The notes under the pieces were generated by a model. That model was not told the DNA's origin. It ran no database searches and worked only from the letters and a program-made list of their open reading frames with translations. The translations under genes and the position numbers were made by a program. Shown here one piece after another: positions 62,881-64,000 of a DNA stretch of 64,000 nucleotides (the stretch's first letter is position 1; each line of letters begins with the position of its first letter). The DNA is from Blastocatellia bacterium (GTDB lineage: Bacteria; Acidobacteriota; Blastocatellia; UBA7656), in the NCBI GenBank assembly GCA_963765495.1, contig CAVXWP010000001.1, positions 1,216,001 to 1,280,000 on the forward strand. Reading direction: 5' to 3'.

Positions 62881-63765
62881 ATGAACGATGATGACATATC
62901 TGCCGCGACTCCGCAGACCGATACCGCGTTGATTGCGGGTGCGGGCGGTCTCCTGGGGCGATTCATGACCGACCGGCTTTCGCTCTCAGGCTGGCGGGTT
63001 GTGCCGCTCGCTCGCGCTGAACTCGATATTACAAATGAGGATGACGTGCAAAAGGCGATAGAGAGTGCGCGTCCCGGTGTAGTCATAAACTGCGCTGCGA
63101 CCGCAGACGTTGACAGGTGTGAGAGCGATCCCGAGTGGACCTTTGCCGTAAACGAAACGGGGCCGCGACTGCTTGCGCGGGCCGCGCGCGATGTGGGCGC
63201 AGAGATGGTTCACGTCAGCACCGATTATGTGTTCGACGGCACAAAAGAAGGTTTTTACACTCAGGAAGACGAACCCGATCCGCTCAGCGTATACGGGAAA
63301 TCGAAGCTTGCGGGCGAGCGGGCGGTCGTTGAAGAAGCCGAGCGTTTCTATATCATAAGGACATCGTGGCTGTTCGGGCCGGGCGGGAAGAATTTTGGAA
63401 GTCGCGTGATCGAGTATGCCCGAAAGGGCGCGAGCCTCAAGGGGGTCACCGACCAGACCTCTATTCCCACCTATGCGCCTGACCTTGCGCGGCGAATCGA
63501 GGAAATAATAAACCTGAAAGCCCACGGCCTCTACCACGTGACGAACACGGGCGCGGGCAACTGGTATGAGTTTGCGCGGCTTGCGCTCGATCTTGCCGGG
63601 ATGAGTGATGTTGAGATAACGCCTGTCGTCCGCGCCGATCTCAACCAGCCAGCGCCCCGCCCGACAAATTCCGCCATGCGATGTCTGGTCTCCGAGCAGT
63701 TGGGTCTTGCGCCGCTACGTCACTGGCGCGATGCGCTTGCCGAATTCATCCGCGAATACTCTTAG
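62881..63765 (+). CDS. rfbD: dTDP-4-dehydrorhamnose reductase
   Basis: GAGGLLG, LDIT, STDYVFDG, YGKSK, RTSW, PRP. Confidence 0.94.
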   Translation: MNDDDISAATPQTDTALIAGAGGLLGRFMTDRLSLSGWRVVPLARAELDITNEDDVQKAIESARPGVVINCAATADVDRCESDPEWTFAVNETGPRLLARAARDVGAEMVHVSTDYVFDGTKEGFYTQEDEPDPLSVYGKSKLAGERAVVEEAERFYIIRTSWLFGPGGKNFGSRVIEYARKGASLKGVTDQTSIPTYAPDLARRIEEIINLKAHGLYHVTNTGAGNWYEFARLALDLAGMSDVEITPVVRADLNQPAPRPTNSAMRCLVSEQLGLAPLRHWRDALAEFIREYS

Positions 63766-63778
63766 AAAAAAAAGGGTT

Positions 63779-63842
63779 TTAGACAGGAATAACAGGATTT
63801 TAATTTTGTTCAATCCAATCAAATCCTGTTATTCCTGTCTAA
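63779..63842. repeat. Perfect 22-bp inverted repeat between convergent genes (REP-like, possible bidirectional terminator)
   Basis: TTAGACAGGAATAACAGGATTT / AAATCCTGTTATTCCTGTCTAA. Confidence 0.75.
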
Positions 63843-64000
63843 GATTATTTGCCCGCCTTCATCAATATCTGCCTGAATCTCTACATTGGTCATATCAGCG
63901 TGCTCGATCAGAAATCTGGCAAGCGGCGCGACTATCATTTGCTCGATGGTCCGTTGCAAAGGGCGCGCTCCGTATCGCGCATCGAATCCTTCCCTTGCCA
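63819..64000 (-). CDS. 3' end of a Clp/Hsp100 AAA+ ATPase (ClpA/B/C D2-small domain), partial
   Basis: Manual translation: AREGFDARYGARPLQRTIEQMIVAPLA...stop at 63819. Confidence 0.8.
   Translation of the reverse strand, partial: AREGFDARYGARPLQRTIEQMIVAPLARFLIEHADMTNVEIQADIDEGGQIILDRNNRI

Overview
A 64 kb bacterial chromosomal window, probably Acidobacteriota (Blastocatellia-like). This taxonomy is inferred from the VWFA-Acidobacterial protein, the large C25-peptidase protein and the Tat-exported AKR/TIM-barrel proteins. The centre (about 3.7-46.8 kb, + strand) is a very large surface-polysaccharide locus: rmlC/rmlA, a DegT aminotransferase, an O-antigen-ligase-like protein, Wza, Wzc, Wzm/Wzt, about 13 glycosyltransferases, two AsnB amidotransferases, a carbamoyltransferase, gmd x2, fcl and WecA. 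Two RiPP-type modules bracket it. On the right (47.1-55.3 kb, - strand) is a complete lasso peptide cluster (B1, B2, cyclase, precursor, HPr-like kinase, PRMT-fold methyltransferase with an RRE-like tail, nucleotidyltransferase, ABC exporter). Its precursor is atypical: Asn1, first acidic residue Asp10, no Ser or Arg in the core. On the left is a PqqD/RRE domain fused to a twin-Arg leader and a 6-Cys core, upstream of a C25 peptidase and near a second nucleotidyltransferase. Non-coding signals: a structured motif duplicated exactly 99 nt upstream of both polysaccharide operon starts, two MITE families with target-site duplications, a degenerate 21-bp tandem array, and REP-like palindromes. All calls come from reading motifs by eye; no database searches were run.
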